Assembly (NCBI GenBank): GCA_013265495.1
Contig: MU058198.1
Location: 5,347,779-5,411,778 of the forward strand
DNA from: Vicugna vicugna
Lineage: Eukaryota
Length of the DNA stretch: 64,000 bases
Direction of reading: 5' to 3'
This document shows, in pieces, positions 35,221 through 46,903 of this stretch (its first letter is position 1; every line of letters starts with the position of its first letter). The translations under genes were made by a program, and so were the position numbers. Below the pieces are notes generated by a model. It did not search any database and was not told where the DNA came from. It saw only the letters and a program-made list of their open reading frames with translations.

Positions 35221-37164
35221 CAGTTTTCTCAGTACTGGCCCAAGAGGAGGCTGCCTTCTGACATATAAATCAGGGCACCTAAAATGATACCACCTTTTCC
35301 CCCCCTGACAAGTAAAATAGAGAGACATGAATTTTTCTTAAAAAGATGTAGAAGTTAAACCGCCTTTCTATTCTGGCTCTTTTTGCCCCAAAATAGCATT
35401 GTACGATGAAGTGATTTCTCGTCATCGTCAATTACTTGCACTACAGCCTTCGGGAACTGTCCCAATGTCCCCCACTTGGCTTTGCAACAGAGCAGCTGCA
35501 TAGGCGTTTTTATGAGCAAGGTTCTGGCCGACGTAGTAGTCCTAGGTGGTCTTACCAAGTGACTGGGTCAGGCGTGGGGGAGGGCCGACCAGCGTCACAC
35601 AGAGATGAGGAAACAACCCCTTGCAGAGCTGGCCACTAAGGAGAGCCCAGGGTTTAAAATGCAGGTAGGAGCCAAGGACCCACAAATGGCCACGTGGCCT
35701 CAGATTCCTTCCACGCAATCCCAAGAAAATCTTTCCCAGATGGGTCGATGTAAGTTGTCTTTGCTGGGCCAGCATCTAGGCACGTTAGGAACTGCAGCCC
35801 ACTCTTATGGGGAGCCACCCTTCAAACACACCAAGTCTAGCAGTACAGGTGGGGCTGAACATACCCCATCCTCCCGGGCCCCAGGGAAGGCCATGCGACT
35901 CCGACCAGGTCCAGTCAACCAGTTCCATCCCCCTGACCAAGTCCATTCCAGAAAGAGTCAGCTTTCCATGGGAACAGAGAGGGGCACTTCATGGAAATGG
36001 CTAAACTGGTTTGTTTCATGTGAGCCTGAAGCCAACAGGGGACAATGCATTATAATAAACTAAGAATAAAGCCAAGCAGAGGAAACTGCAGCAAGACATG
36101 AAGAAAGACCAGGTCCACCCGGGATCAAAACTTAACGCTGCCGACACTCAACCACGTGTCTACTGGTATAATGTCTGTCTCCTTCATCAGGCTAGGAATT
36201 CCCTGATGTCTGACTGTTGTGGTATCTCCAGGGCTTGTCACATACAAGTCCTTCATAGGTATTTGTTGATTGCATTAGTCAATGAATGAATTAGTGAAGG
36301 AACTCCTTCAGATTGTCCCAGAAGATGAAGGAACTACTTAAGACCATCCCAGATAATCTGAGTGAACCTGTACCAGATCAATGCACCGTCTACCCTTCAG
36401 AGAACAAGTGTAAATATCCCCCAAGATCAACTGGGTGCTACCAAGTGTAAACAGGAGGGATAAACGAGCAGCCTCTGCTTGAGAGTCAGATAACCTTTCG
36501 CTCTAACAGTCGATGTCCCCATGTGAGCATTTTTTTTCCTTCAGGAAACAATGGGAGGCCAATGGAACAGCAGAGCATGCCGGTTAAGCCATGCAGTTCA
36601 TCCTCCAGGAGTTACTATTTAATTCCCCCGGGAACCATAACGCCTTAGTCCTGTAGAAATGCGCCTGCCTACAAAAGTAATTAAGTTGAAATGCTAATGG
36701 TGGGTTTTCAAGCAACATGGCCCGAGGGGGCTTTCAGTAGCCCGGCAATGACTCCATAAAAGAAACTGTTGAAGCTGCCTCTGTACCAGGCAACCTTGTT
36801 GGCAGGGTGTGGGCAACCTCATCTTCCCGAACCCCTCTCCCGGCTCTTCTGCAGTGAGTCACTGCCCAGGAGAAGCTGGATGGGGGTTCTGTGCTACCCT
36901 CTATCCCAGTGGCTGAGGATTTCCAAGAACAGGTTGAGGCTCCCAGTGACCCTTGAGGACCCGCCCACTCCCTGAGGGTCTTCAGTCGGGAAGACCCACT
37001 CTTGCTTCCTTAGCCAGGACTTCGTTAGGAGAGACTGGTTACTGTTACAGCCTGTTCACCATGAATGTTCTCTCTCTGCCTGACCTTCCCCTGCTGTCAC
37101 AGCGTCTTGTGAACGCATCCATTAGAACACACACTGCATTTTAATCATGATGATCGTAATCATA

Positions 37165-37570
37165 TTGATAATAGCAACTCACACTTACTGAATATTTACA
37201 TTTCGCTGGGAACTCTTCTAGGTACGTTATTACATTTCGTTTTCTGAGGGGGAGGTAATTAGGTTTATTCACTGATTTCTGCTTGGAGGAGGTACTGGGA
37301 ATTGAACCCAGGTCCTCTTGGGTGCTGAGCATGCGCTCTACCACTTGAGCTATACCCTTCCCCCAGTACTTTGTTACATTAATTTATTTCCTCCTTATAC
37401 CTATACCATGAGACCGGGAGAATTATTATCATCACCTCCAATGGACAGAAGATAAAACTGAGACACAGAGAGGTTAAGCACCTTACAGAAGATCACACAG
37501 CTAGTGACTGAGAAACTGGGAGGTAGGACTGGCTTCGCGGGTTGCTCTCCTAACCACGAGGATAGACTGT
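37165..37570 (-). mobile_element. MIR SINE split by Vic-1
   Basis: AAACTGAGACACAGAGAGGTTAAG...GATCACACAGCTAGT. Confidence 0.75.
37237..37365 (-). mobile_element. Camelid tRNA-Ala-derived SINE (Vic-1 type), full length, 15-bp TSD
   Basis: Minus strand: GGGTATAGCTCAAGTGGTAGAGCGCATGCTCAGCA...GGTTCAATTCCCAGTACCTCC...AATAAACCTAATTACCTCCCC; TSD GTACGTTATTACATT (37222-37236) / GTACTTTGTTACATT (37366-37380). Confidence 0.9.
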
Positions 37571-37640
37571 CTCTAGGAGATGGTGGCTTTTGCTGTCATC
37601 ATTTGCCATGTGGAAGTAAGCCTGTTACAGTTAGAGACAG

Positions 37641-37736
37641 TGCCTATAATATTCCTTCCTTCCTTCCTTCCTTCCTCTCTCCCTCCCTCCTTCCCTCCCT
37701 CTTTCTTCCTTTCTTCCTTCCTTCCTTTTCTTTTTT

Positions 37737-37804
<68 letters not shown>

Positions 37805-37837
37805 TCATTCCTCCCTCCCTCCCTCCTTCCTTCCTTC

Positions 37838-37884
<47 letters not shown>

Positions 37885-37885
37885 T

Positions 37886-37941
<56 letters not shown>

Positions 37942-37974
37942 TCATTCCTCCCTCCCTCCTTCCTTCCTTCCTTC

Positions 37975-38036
<62 letters not shown>

Positions 38037-38509
38037 CTCTTTCTCTCTTTCTTTCTCTCTTTCCTTCTTTCTGTCTTCTTGACCCAGTTTGGGCCCTGGG
38101 CTAGCGACTGGTCAATTTCCCCTCTTGAGCCGCCAATTAAGTCCACACCCCAACCATTTACCTTATCAGACTGTCCCACTAGGCAACCATCCTAATTGCC
38201 CCAGGGCCGGACACTAGACAACTAGGGATAGCCCCAGTGCCCCAGAGACTGCCCCCCGCCACAGTATTATCCAGTCCACAGAGAGCTCACATAACCTAGC
38301 TAACCTGACCCCACTTGCCATATTTAAGTGGCCCCCATAGCTTCAAATTGCTGTTACCCTGTTCGGGCTGCAACTCCCTGGGTGGCCCTGCCTGGCAGCC
38401 TCTTCTCATTGGGAGCATTGGGAGCTGTAAGAAAGAGTTCTGCCTTTTATCTCCCCAAGGGTCAGCATGTTGGGTTCCAGCATCCGAAGAATCTAAATCA
38501 CATAAAACA
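37641..38509 (+). mobile_element. ERVL solo LTR, MER73/MER74-like; 5' boundary uncertain
   Basis: CCAGGGCC...AGACAACTAGGGATAGCCCC...CCCCAGAG; ends CATCCGAAGAATCT...ATAAAACA. Confidence 0.6.
37652..38072. repeat. Compound (TTTC)n/(TTCC)n/(CTCC)n microsatellite
   Basis: 421 bp of pyrimidines with only two purines (A37807, A37944). Confidence 0.98.
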
Positions 38510-38590
38510 GAGCCTTATTCATCTCCACAAGCCTTCGATCACCACAAACAGGACTTGGTACCAAGCAGAAGATGCTCCTAAATATTTTTT

Positions 38591-38757
38591 AGAAAGAAAA
38601 AGACAGAGGGAAGAGAGAAAAGGAGAGAGAAGGAGAGAGGGAGGAAGGAAGGAAGAAAGAAAGGGAGGGAGAGAGAGAGAGAAAGAGAGAGAGAAGGAAA
38701 AAAGGAAGGAAGGAAGGAAAGAAGGAAGAAGGGAGGGAAGGAGGAAGGAAGGAAGGA
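38591..38757. repeat. Polypurine (GGAA/GA) tract
   Basis: 167 bp of purines with one C; follows an L2-like 3' end (GATGCTCCTAAATATTT). Confidence 0.95.
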
Positions 38758-38934
38758 TGCAATTCCAAGAGACACAGAGCCAGTCACAGTAGCCTTCTGG
38801 TCACCTGGCCATCTCTTCATAGGCTGGGACACACAATCCAGTGTATGTTCTCTCCACTTTTGATCAATGAAGTGTTAACGTCTAGGTGTCCAAATTGGAT
38901 TTGGTACTCAGTTTCTGGGTTCCTGATGGGAATA

Positions 38935-39130
38935 AGAATATTGTGATGATTAAGGGTCAAGCATTGGAATCAAAATGCAGCTGTACCACCGACTAGCTTT
39001 GTGCCAAAGGACAAACTACTTGAACTTCGCTGAACCTCGGCTTTCTTTTCTGTATAATAGGAGATCATGATCCCTACCTCAAAAGGCTTCTGAGAACATT
39101 TAAAACCATGAAGAATGGAAAGCACTGAGG
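38935..39130 (+). mobile_element. MIR SINE
   Basis: GACTAGCTTTGTG...CTGAACCTCGGCTTTCT...CCCTACCTCA. Confidence 0.65.
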
Positions 39131-39994
39131 GTCAGGGGCAAATTGCAGCCCCAGGATGTCCTCTGGGGAGCCAAACAGATCTTCCAGGAGAGAAGGGAAG
39201 ACAGAGGAGAGAAGCATTCCCTTTCTTGTCTCAGGCTCACATGGGAAGGAGGTAGAAGCACTTCTATGCTCTGTTCACCCAGCACGTGACAGGTGCAGTC
39301 ACAGATTTTCTTTACGTCCTCAGGAGGACTTGTGAGTCAGTAACCAATAATCAGAGATGTTAAGTGACTCCATCAAAAATCACAGAGCTGTGAAGTGGAG
39401 GCACCAGGATTCACAACTCAGAGTTATCTCCCTCTGTGTCCTTCTGGAAAGTATCTAATCATCTTTCCATGATCCACATTTGATTCTGTCCTCCCAGTGG
39501 CCATAGGGTGATGTCCTTGTTTCTCTGGGGTGAATGGGTGAGAGGCAGAAACAAATGTCCCATCTGCCACTCTTAACAGGTTTTTTATTAATAATCAGTC
39601 TCTCCGGAGACTCCAAACCAAGGAGAATCTGATCTGATCCCCACCCTGGACCCTCCCTTGTCCTCACTCTCAATTCACTGGCATCCTGAATTCAATGGTT
39701 GCTGCCCATTCTGTGTAGCTGGAAGGATGAATGGCTCCTTCTCCACTGGACCTCCCTGCCCTCTGCCACTTGCCCACCACCATTCCATCCCCTGGAATTC
39801 CTGAGAGCATCCTCTACCCAGCGGGTGCTGACCAGGGAAAGGGACTTACATAGTCAATGTTCATGCCTCTCAGGGTTGAATCAGCAACAGCAATGTAGCC
39901 TCGGTCCCCTCTTCTCCTCAGACTCACCCCACTGGCTCTCTGTTGACCCAATGCACAAGAACTGGATTAAACCTCTTCTCAATGTGCAGTGAAG

Positions 39995-40175
39995 AAGAAG
40001 CAAGAACAGCATATTAATAAGGGTGAATTTAGAATGAGACAGACGGAGCTCTAGCCATGCTTCTGTCACAAACTGATTGAACTTCTCCGAGCTTTAGTTT
40101 CCTCTGGAAGATGGAGATTTAAGAGTACCTTCCTCAGAAGTTTGTTCTGAGGATTAAATGAGATAATGCTATTTT
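39995..40175 (+). mobile_element. MIR SINE
   Basis: AGTTTCCTCT...AGTACCT...GAGGATTAAATGAGATAATGC. Confidence 0.65.
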
Positions 40176-40180
40176 CAAGA

Positions 40181-40505
40181 ATTGTGTTTAGCTGAATGTC
40201 ACAGTGGCCTAACCAAAACAGGTGGATTTTTCTCACAAAACACGAAACACAGAGGCAGGCCATGTGTAACATGATCGTCATCAAGGCCCAGATTCTTTTG
40301 TTTTCCTGCACTGCCATCCTTAGCCTGAGTGCCTTTTCCTCTTGATCACAAAATGGCTGCTGCATCCTGACCATTATATCCACATTCCAGGCAGAGAAAG
40401 AGGGAGAGTAAAGGCAAAAGACCAGCTTTCCTGAAAGGACCATCAAGTAGTCCTCTGTTCTCGTCTCATGATCAGAACTGTATCACACGACCACCTTTAG
40501 CCAAA
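40181..40505 (-). mobile_element. MaLR LTR, MLT1J-like
   Basis: CAGTGGCCTAACCAAA...CTGCCATCCTTAG...TCACAAAATGGCTGCTGCA...CACATTCCAGGCAG. Confidence 0.7.
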
Positions 40506-40777
40506 GATGGTTTATAGATCAGGTTCCTGGCAAAGGAGAGTGTTGGGGAGCAGGTGCTGGGTGGCTGGGAGCCAGAGACTCTACGTGAGTTCATCCAAGC
40601 AGGGCAGCATCCCTGAACCATGGAGAGAGAGCTTCACAAGGAAAAGGCGGTCAGAGCAGGAGAATGGCACTTCCTGGGGGACACATGGCCTGTCTGGAGC
40701 AGGTCTTACAGGCTGCAGGGAGGAACGGGAACATGAAAGGCAAAGATATATTGGTTAGATGAGAGGGGGTGGCAGAA

Positions 40778-41220
40778 TGTGGCAGAAACAGCTGTGTGCC
40801 TACTCAGTATCAATTTTCTCCTCTTCCTTTATAAGTGAACCCCTATATTTTTGAGGTCACCATATTCCCAGTGAAAATACTAGTTTTCTAAGCCTCCCTT
40901 TGAAGATAGGCTTGGACAACGAGTTGTTAGCAGAGATCACTGACAGAAGCTTTTGGGAAGTCTCTTTAAAGGGGCCTTACTCAGGAGGAATAGATTTGGC
41001 CCTTGCTCTTTCTCTTCTTCTTGCTTGGAAAGTGCCATGAGGGCTGGAGCTCCAGCAGCCATCATATGATATTGAGGATAGTGGAATAGAAAACAGAAGA
41101 TTCCAAATTACTCTGGGAACCATCAAACCAACTCTGAACCTCTTATGTCTGAATTTCTTTCATGTGAAAGCATAATTTGTTTAAAGCACTGTAGACGGGT
41201 CTCCATTGGTAGTGAAAGCA
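40778..41220 (+). mobile_element. MaLR LTR, MLT1J-like
   Basis: Starts TGTGGCAGAAAC; GGCTGGAGCTCCAGCAGCCATC; TTTGTTTAAAGCACTG. Confidence 0.7.
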
Positions 41221-43653
41221 GGGTAGGGTATTTAGAGGGTCACTGGAATCTCAGCACATACCAGTATACGTGAGGAGAGAAGCTGTTAATGAGAGTCATA
41301 GCAGGATGAATACAAGGTTCCAGTAACTCTCTGAAAGATACATGAGCAAACCCTGCAATTTCTGTTTGGCTTTTGCAATTTTAAATGTGACATCATGGAG
41401 GGTCTGGTCAGTAGCGGTCAAGGATTTTTAAATAGACATGATCTTGTGGCTTTGGAACTTATCCTAATCTTCCAATTTCAATTTAGAAATATTCCGATTT
41501 TCTCACTTTTCAGATTGGGAAACTGAATTACAGGTAGAGGACACGATTTGCCCAAGGTCAAAAGGCATCACATAAAAGCCTGGTTTCCTGACTCCTTCTA
41601 AGATCCACGCTGACACTTTATCCCTCGTGCTTCAGTCTCCCGACTTCTAAAATAAGAAGACTAGGCTGGAGTGTCTTCCAAATACTATTATTTCATTATC
41701 CTAGAAAGCCAGCCTTCTGAGTATCAAGCAAGCCCTGCCTGATATCAGGCACTGTTTCCACAGACGTACCCCTCCCATTGACATAGAAATTCTGGCGTTC
41801 CTTCAAGTTCATTAAAATGGGATTTTTGCTGCATTTACTTTGTGTCTGAGCAATAACCTTTTCCGCTCTGGGACATTTGTTCTCAAGGAATTTCCGCATC
41901 CTATTGTTGGCTGGATGTAAGGTGCTACCCCCAAATGTGGTGCAAAGAGTTTGCTTATGCTTAAAATGAAAAGGGATTAAAGAATTTTCCCTGAACATCT
42001 TTGGCCTGTACCCATGCCCTCCCACCCTGGTCAGCATCGACGTCCCACCCTGCACCTCACCCACCCCAATCCTGGGATTTTTCAGGTCACCCTGGAATAG
42101 GTCCTTTCCATGGCCAGCTTGGGAGTGAAATTCAGGCTGGGAGAGGGAGCTGGGGCTACTACGCTGGTTGTGCTGGGTTGAATGGGCACTGAGTGGACAT
42201 TTGTGTGGTCTGGGAACTGAGACCAAAGGCAGAAAGAGTCTCCGTGTTTATTTTGAAGGCTCTCATCACCAGGTCCTCCAGTCATTCAGAGCCTGTTACA
42301 TCTGGATTTCTGGAGGGAAGCCAGTGTCCGTAGTTCTGGACAATCTGCTTTTAAACAGGGCTATTTGGAAAAATCAGAGACAAGGTTAAGAGTGAAGAAA
42401 GAGGTGCTAGGGGACCCCTGTGATCGGCACTGATGTCTCTGTTTCACTTTTGCTGACCATCAGCTGCAAGAAAGCTGGAGGAAGAAGGATGGGAGGGAAA
42501 CAGGACAAAACTGGGCAGGAGCACACAGCGGACCAGGACGCCAGCCAAACGCACAGAGACCTGTGTGGATCCCTAGGATCAGGCTTGGAGAGCCTGCATT
42601 CCAGGTGGAACAGCCAGTCAGGACCCCCCTACGGGTGGGACGAGTCGCGTCCTAGCAGCGAGCCCAACTCAGATGCCCGGAGTAGGCGGGTAGGAAACAC
42701 GCATGATTGAGGGCCTCGCGCTACAGTGACGGAGACTGGAACAAACTGGAGAGTGTGTGCCCTACCCGGAAGTAGTCCAAGGGCCTGTTTGCCAAAGCAT
42801 CAACCTGGCGAGATAAAGCATGGTCACAAGCAGATAAAAAAAACGACCTCTGAGAAGGTGGGTAGTTTGGGAAAAGCAGGGGAAACTTTCAATTTGGAGG
42901 TCACCTTGGTCCCCAGGACTAATGGTCCCCATTTGGGGTCCTGGATACAGCATCTGATGGGATCACTAGGTCCAAAGGGCAAGACTGATCAGCTACTCTG
43001 TGTCAGGGCGTGTGCTGGGCACTGGGACACAGAGATGGACAGGGAGGGACAACGGATGTGGGATCAGGGAAGGCGACTCTATTCCAAGCACCTTCGGGCA
43101 GGAATGGAGGCTGCAGATCAGTTCTGGCTCAGAGGCAGGAAGAGCCGGTGAGCGCATCTGTCGAGTCAGCTTTGAGCATCTGAGAAAGACAGAAGCAGGA
43201 GCTCTTGGTTGGGAATCCCCCTCTCGAGACAAAACCCGCGCAGGGCTGTGCAGACATGATTAGCCAAGTGAGGGAGGCGGGTCCAATTAAAGTGGCCACT
43301 GCAGGAATTTAATAATCACGGGAACGTTTACGGAGACAGCTCCCGATTGGAGAACATGGCCTCACTTCTGAGCTTTGAAACGTTTGATGTTGGACATTTG
43401 ACTCCGTTCCAGGTTCCCAGCCAGCCCTGCAGAGGGCCCACGTCCCAGGGAGCATCCTTTGAAGGAGCCAGGCTGTCAGTGGAGTTGTACTAATTAGGCA
43501 AAACAGGAGTGGCCTCAAATGCTTGTGCTCATCTGCAATTCAGTGTGCCTTTATTTTGCAAAAAAAAGAAAAAAGAAAGAAGGAGAAAAAAGAAAGAAAG
43601 AAATCCTCTGTGTAAAATTATATCCAGGTTGGTGAGAGAGGTTACCTCGAGTA

Positions 43654-43663
43654 CCATATATGG
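43654..43663. promoter_or_regulatory. CArG box (SRF motif)
   Basis: CCATATATGG is a perfect CC(A/T)6GG; function untested. Confidence 0.35.
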
Positions 43664-43684
43664 GGCACTTAAAGTAGCAAGCAG

Positions 43685-43830
43685 TGGCTAAGTATCCTAC
43701 ACTGTGCCCTAGGTAGGCATTGTGAGTTTAGCCCCCATTTGACAGATAGGGAAACTGAGGCTCAGGCAGATAAAGTACTCACCCAACAGCCACACTGCTG
43801 GTAAGGGACAAAGTCTGGATATCTGTCATC
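43685..43830 (-). mobile_element. MIR SINE
   Basis: CCCCATTTGACAGATAGGGAAACTGAGGCTCAG. Confidence 0.75.
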
Positions 43831-43840
43831 GCATTTACAG

Positions 43841-44048
43841 CAGTGGTTCTCAACCAGGGTAACTCTGTATCCTTGGGGGACATTTGGCAGTGTCTAGAGA
43901 CACTTCTGGTTGTCACAGCTTTGGGTGGCATCTGGTGAGTAGGGGCTGGAGATGCTGCTAAACGCCTGCAGTGTGGAGGATGGCCTCCCCAGCCCAGAAT
44001 TATTTGGCCCCAAATGTCCATAGTGCCAAACCCAGACTGAGAATCCTT
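43841..44048 (+). mobile_element. MER20 hAT-Charlie MITE
   Basis: CAGTGGTTCTCAACC...GGGGACATTTGGCAGTGTCTAGAGAC...GATGCTGCTAAAC...GGCCCCAAATGTCCATAGTGCC. Confidence 0.92.
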
Positions 44049-44139
44049 AATGTGCCAGAAAGAACAGGTTTTAAATCTGTTGGCCTGGTGTCAACTGTAT
44101 GATTTGGGGAAAGTCACTTAACTTCTCTCAGCCCTGAAG

Positions 44140-44275
44140 TCTTGAGAAGAAATGCAACCCTGTTTCATCTTGATTTTAGCCCAGTGAGAACATTTTGGAC
44201 TTCTGACCTCGAGCAGTGTAAGAGAATAAATCTGTATTCTTTTAAGCCAGTAAATTTGCTGCAGCAGTGATGTGG
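44140..44275 (+). mobile_element. MLT1C/D-like LTR 3' end
   Basis: CTTGATTTTAGCCCAGTGAGA...GGACTTCTGACCTC...GTAAGAGAATAAATCTGT...TTTAAGCCA. Confidence 0.8.
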
Positions 44276-45774
44276 CACTAATTCAGGGGCAGAGGTCAGT
44301 AGAGCTCAGGGGACAACAAAGCAAGACTTGGAGGGTCCCATGGAGGGGATGGAATCGGTATCCTTCTCTCAAGGGAGGGCTAGCCAAGGCCAACAGCCAA
44401 GGAGGGCTGAGTCCCCGCCCACAGCCCCTGTGTCCTTGCCGTGGGCCTGCCTGCAAACACGGGTCAGGACATCACTCATCCGGCAGGGCTGGCGTCCATC
44501 TTCCATTACTCCATCCACACCCAGACCGGCTCTGTCTGGACAGTCAACTTTTCCCTTTCTAGGGGACTCACATGCTTCATCTCGGACAACTAGATAAAGG
44601 CTGGCCCTGGGCACCTGGTGGGGCAGAGGTTGGAAAGACCTCTCCACCCTACCTCTATGCACGCAGTGTGAACAGACCTAGCTCAATGTGTGCCCCTTGC
44701 TGGCACAGCGGGGAGCCACCACCTCATTGCAGCTCAGAGGCCCGGGGACCCAGAGAAGGTTCGAGTAAGGTGGGCTTGCAAAGCTTCATCCATCACTTCA
44801 ACTTTCAAGAGGGAAAACCCTACTGAACATTCTCGACAACCAAACAATAATAGAAACAAACGAAAAAAAAAAAAAAGTGATGTGTCTGGCTCCACACCTT
44901 TGTCGTATGGATGAGGGAACCAAGTCTTTGAGAGGATGTGACTGCACAGCATGGAGTTAGATGGATGAAGACTGGAATCTGGCCACCTCGTTTCTGGTTG
45001 GGCGCTTTTTCCTACTACACCATGCTGCCCAGAATAATATTTTAAACCTACACACTTATTTGTTGTTGTTGCCATTGTTTGCAAACTACCAGCAGGGTAA
45101 TATGATTATAAATCTCAGAGGTGTGGACTGGCATTACTTTGGAGCTTTATTATTTCATCTAACTGATTTTAGCAGGCCCACAGTATTTTAATATGTATTT
45201 CATCTTTATTTGATTTCATGGACAATTTGTTGTGGGTTTTTTTTTTTTTTTTTTGCAAAGCAAAAGAAAATTAAAAAAAAAAAAAGAGTTTTTCCCCTTC
45301 TTCCCAGCATGCACATTTCCCAGGGAAAGGAAGTCCGTTTGGGTGTAGGAGGCCGACTGGGGACCCCACCTCCCCATCCCTAATGATAATAACACGCTGG
45401 TCACGTACATCAGGGCTCCCGCCAGACGCTCTCAGGGAGGCATTCCCAAGAGTGAACACTAAAAACTTGGGCACCGTGGGGGGGGGGGGGACCAGCGGTC
45501 ACTGCCACCTGACCTCTGCAGGGCAAGAGGAACCAGCCACCGGGTTGAGTCAGAATATTCTTGACAATACGGAAGAGCTGGAATCAACAGGAAATGAATT
45601 CATTGAAAAAGGAAGGAATGGGATGTGAGAAGCAAAGCAAATTAGCATCATTCTCTCCCGTGACTGGGGGTTAGAAATTTACACCTGGGTACCATCCTTG
45701 GCATCGCAGAGGGGAGCTCTTTACAGGGTAGCTGGGACTGAAAACTCAGATGGGAATGAAAAATAACAAAAATA

Positions 45775-46030
45775 ATAACAATGACACAACATCAAGTAAT
45801 ATCAGGCACTTACTAGGTTCCAGACGTCCTGCTAAGAAGGCTCACGCATTATTTTACCCAATCTCTGGCTTAATCATCTTACAAACTAGATGTTATTATC
45901 GTGTTATAGAAACAGAAAGCAAGACTCAGAGGGATTACGCCACAGCCAAGGCCACCATCATGTAGGTGTTCTGACCTGAGATTTACGTCCAAGCAGTGTC
46001 CCTCCAAAATCCATGAGTTTGGTCATTCTT
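45775..46030 (-). mobile_element. MIR SINE
   Basis: GCACTTACTA...AGACTCAGAGGGATTA...GCCAAGGCCAC...CTCCAAAATCC. Confidence 0.6.
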
Positions 46031-46377
46031 CTATATTCTTTCTTCCCATAGCTGGGTTAAATGGATATGATTGTTCTCATTTTAAAGACGAGGATGCGGG
46101 CCCAGAATTTATAAGTGAGGATCAATGGAAGTAGGTCCCAACTTGGGTCTGGATTATCGCTGAAACTTCTGGGGAAAACATCTCTCTCCACTTGGGTTTC
46201 TAAGCTGGCTGGATGTGGGTTAGCCCCCCAGGGGGTGTCAAAACACCTTCTAGTGTCTGAAAAGTTAACCGTCTCCTAGGATAGCAGGGCTAAGAGGTGC
46301 TTTGGAATCAGCAATGCCTGGAGACAGCTCTACTCCTATAAGCTGATGAACTGTCTCTTTGGCTTAATTCAGTTTCA

Positions 46378-46903
46378 GCTGGCAGTCGTCCTGTGCTCTG
46401 TGCTGCGTCTGGACTCATCCGTCTCCCTGTTCCAACTTGGTCACTGTCCTGGGAGGCTGATTTGTATGGACTTCATCACTGGTGCCCAAGGCCTCTAGCT
46501 TCCAGTAGAATCTGGCCAGTGGGGCACACTGGCAGGGCACTGGAAGGAGGGGAGAGAGTGAGGTCAGCGGCTTACTCCCTGGCCCCCTGACTGCTGTATC
46601 ATTGAGGGTGGGTTGAATAGCCTCAATCAAAGGTAACAGGTGGCCCCGTCCTCACTGCTCCTCTCTCTCCTTCCTCCGTCCCCTTGCCCCCCACTCGGAT
46701 TTGGTGACAACTCCTTTCTCTGGCCACTTCAGACCCAGGTGTGGTAATGGTTCCCTCACTGCGACTGCCCCTAAGGTGCTGTCCTATGCCTTGTGGGTTT
46801 CCTCATAGCTGCTCCACACCTTTGTAAATAGCTCCTTTATTAAAGTCTACTCATGCTACCCAACTGGAACATTCCATCTACTTCCAGCTGAGACTCTGAT
46901 ACA
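46378..46903 (+). mobile_element. ERVL solo LTR, LTR33-like
   Basis: GGGAGGCTGATTTGTATGGACT...GAGAGTGAGGTCAG...CCACACCTTTGTAAATAGCTCCTTTATTAAA...ending TGATACA. Confidence 0.8.

Noticed and set aside
37290..37365. tRNA-Ala-like sequence (also at 13180-13258)
   Set aside because: Followed by a SINE tail, broken anticodon stem, and a TSD at the 37237 copy; a SINE head, not a tRNA gene
37504..38832. Long ORFs rich in F/L/S or K/E/R (up to 192 aa)
   Set aside because: They are translations of TTTC and GGAA microsatellites, which lack stop codons
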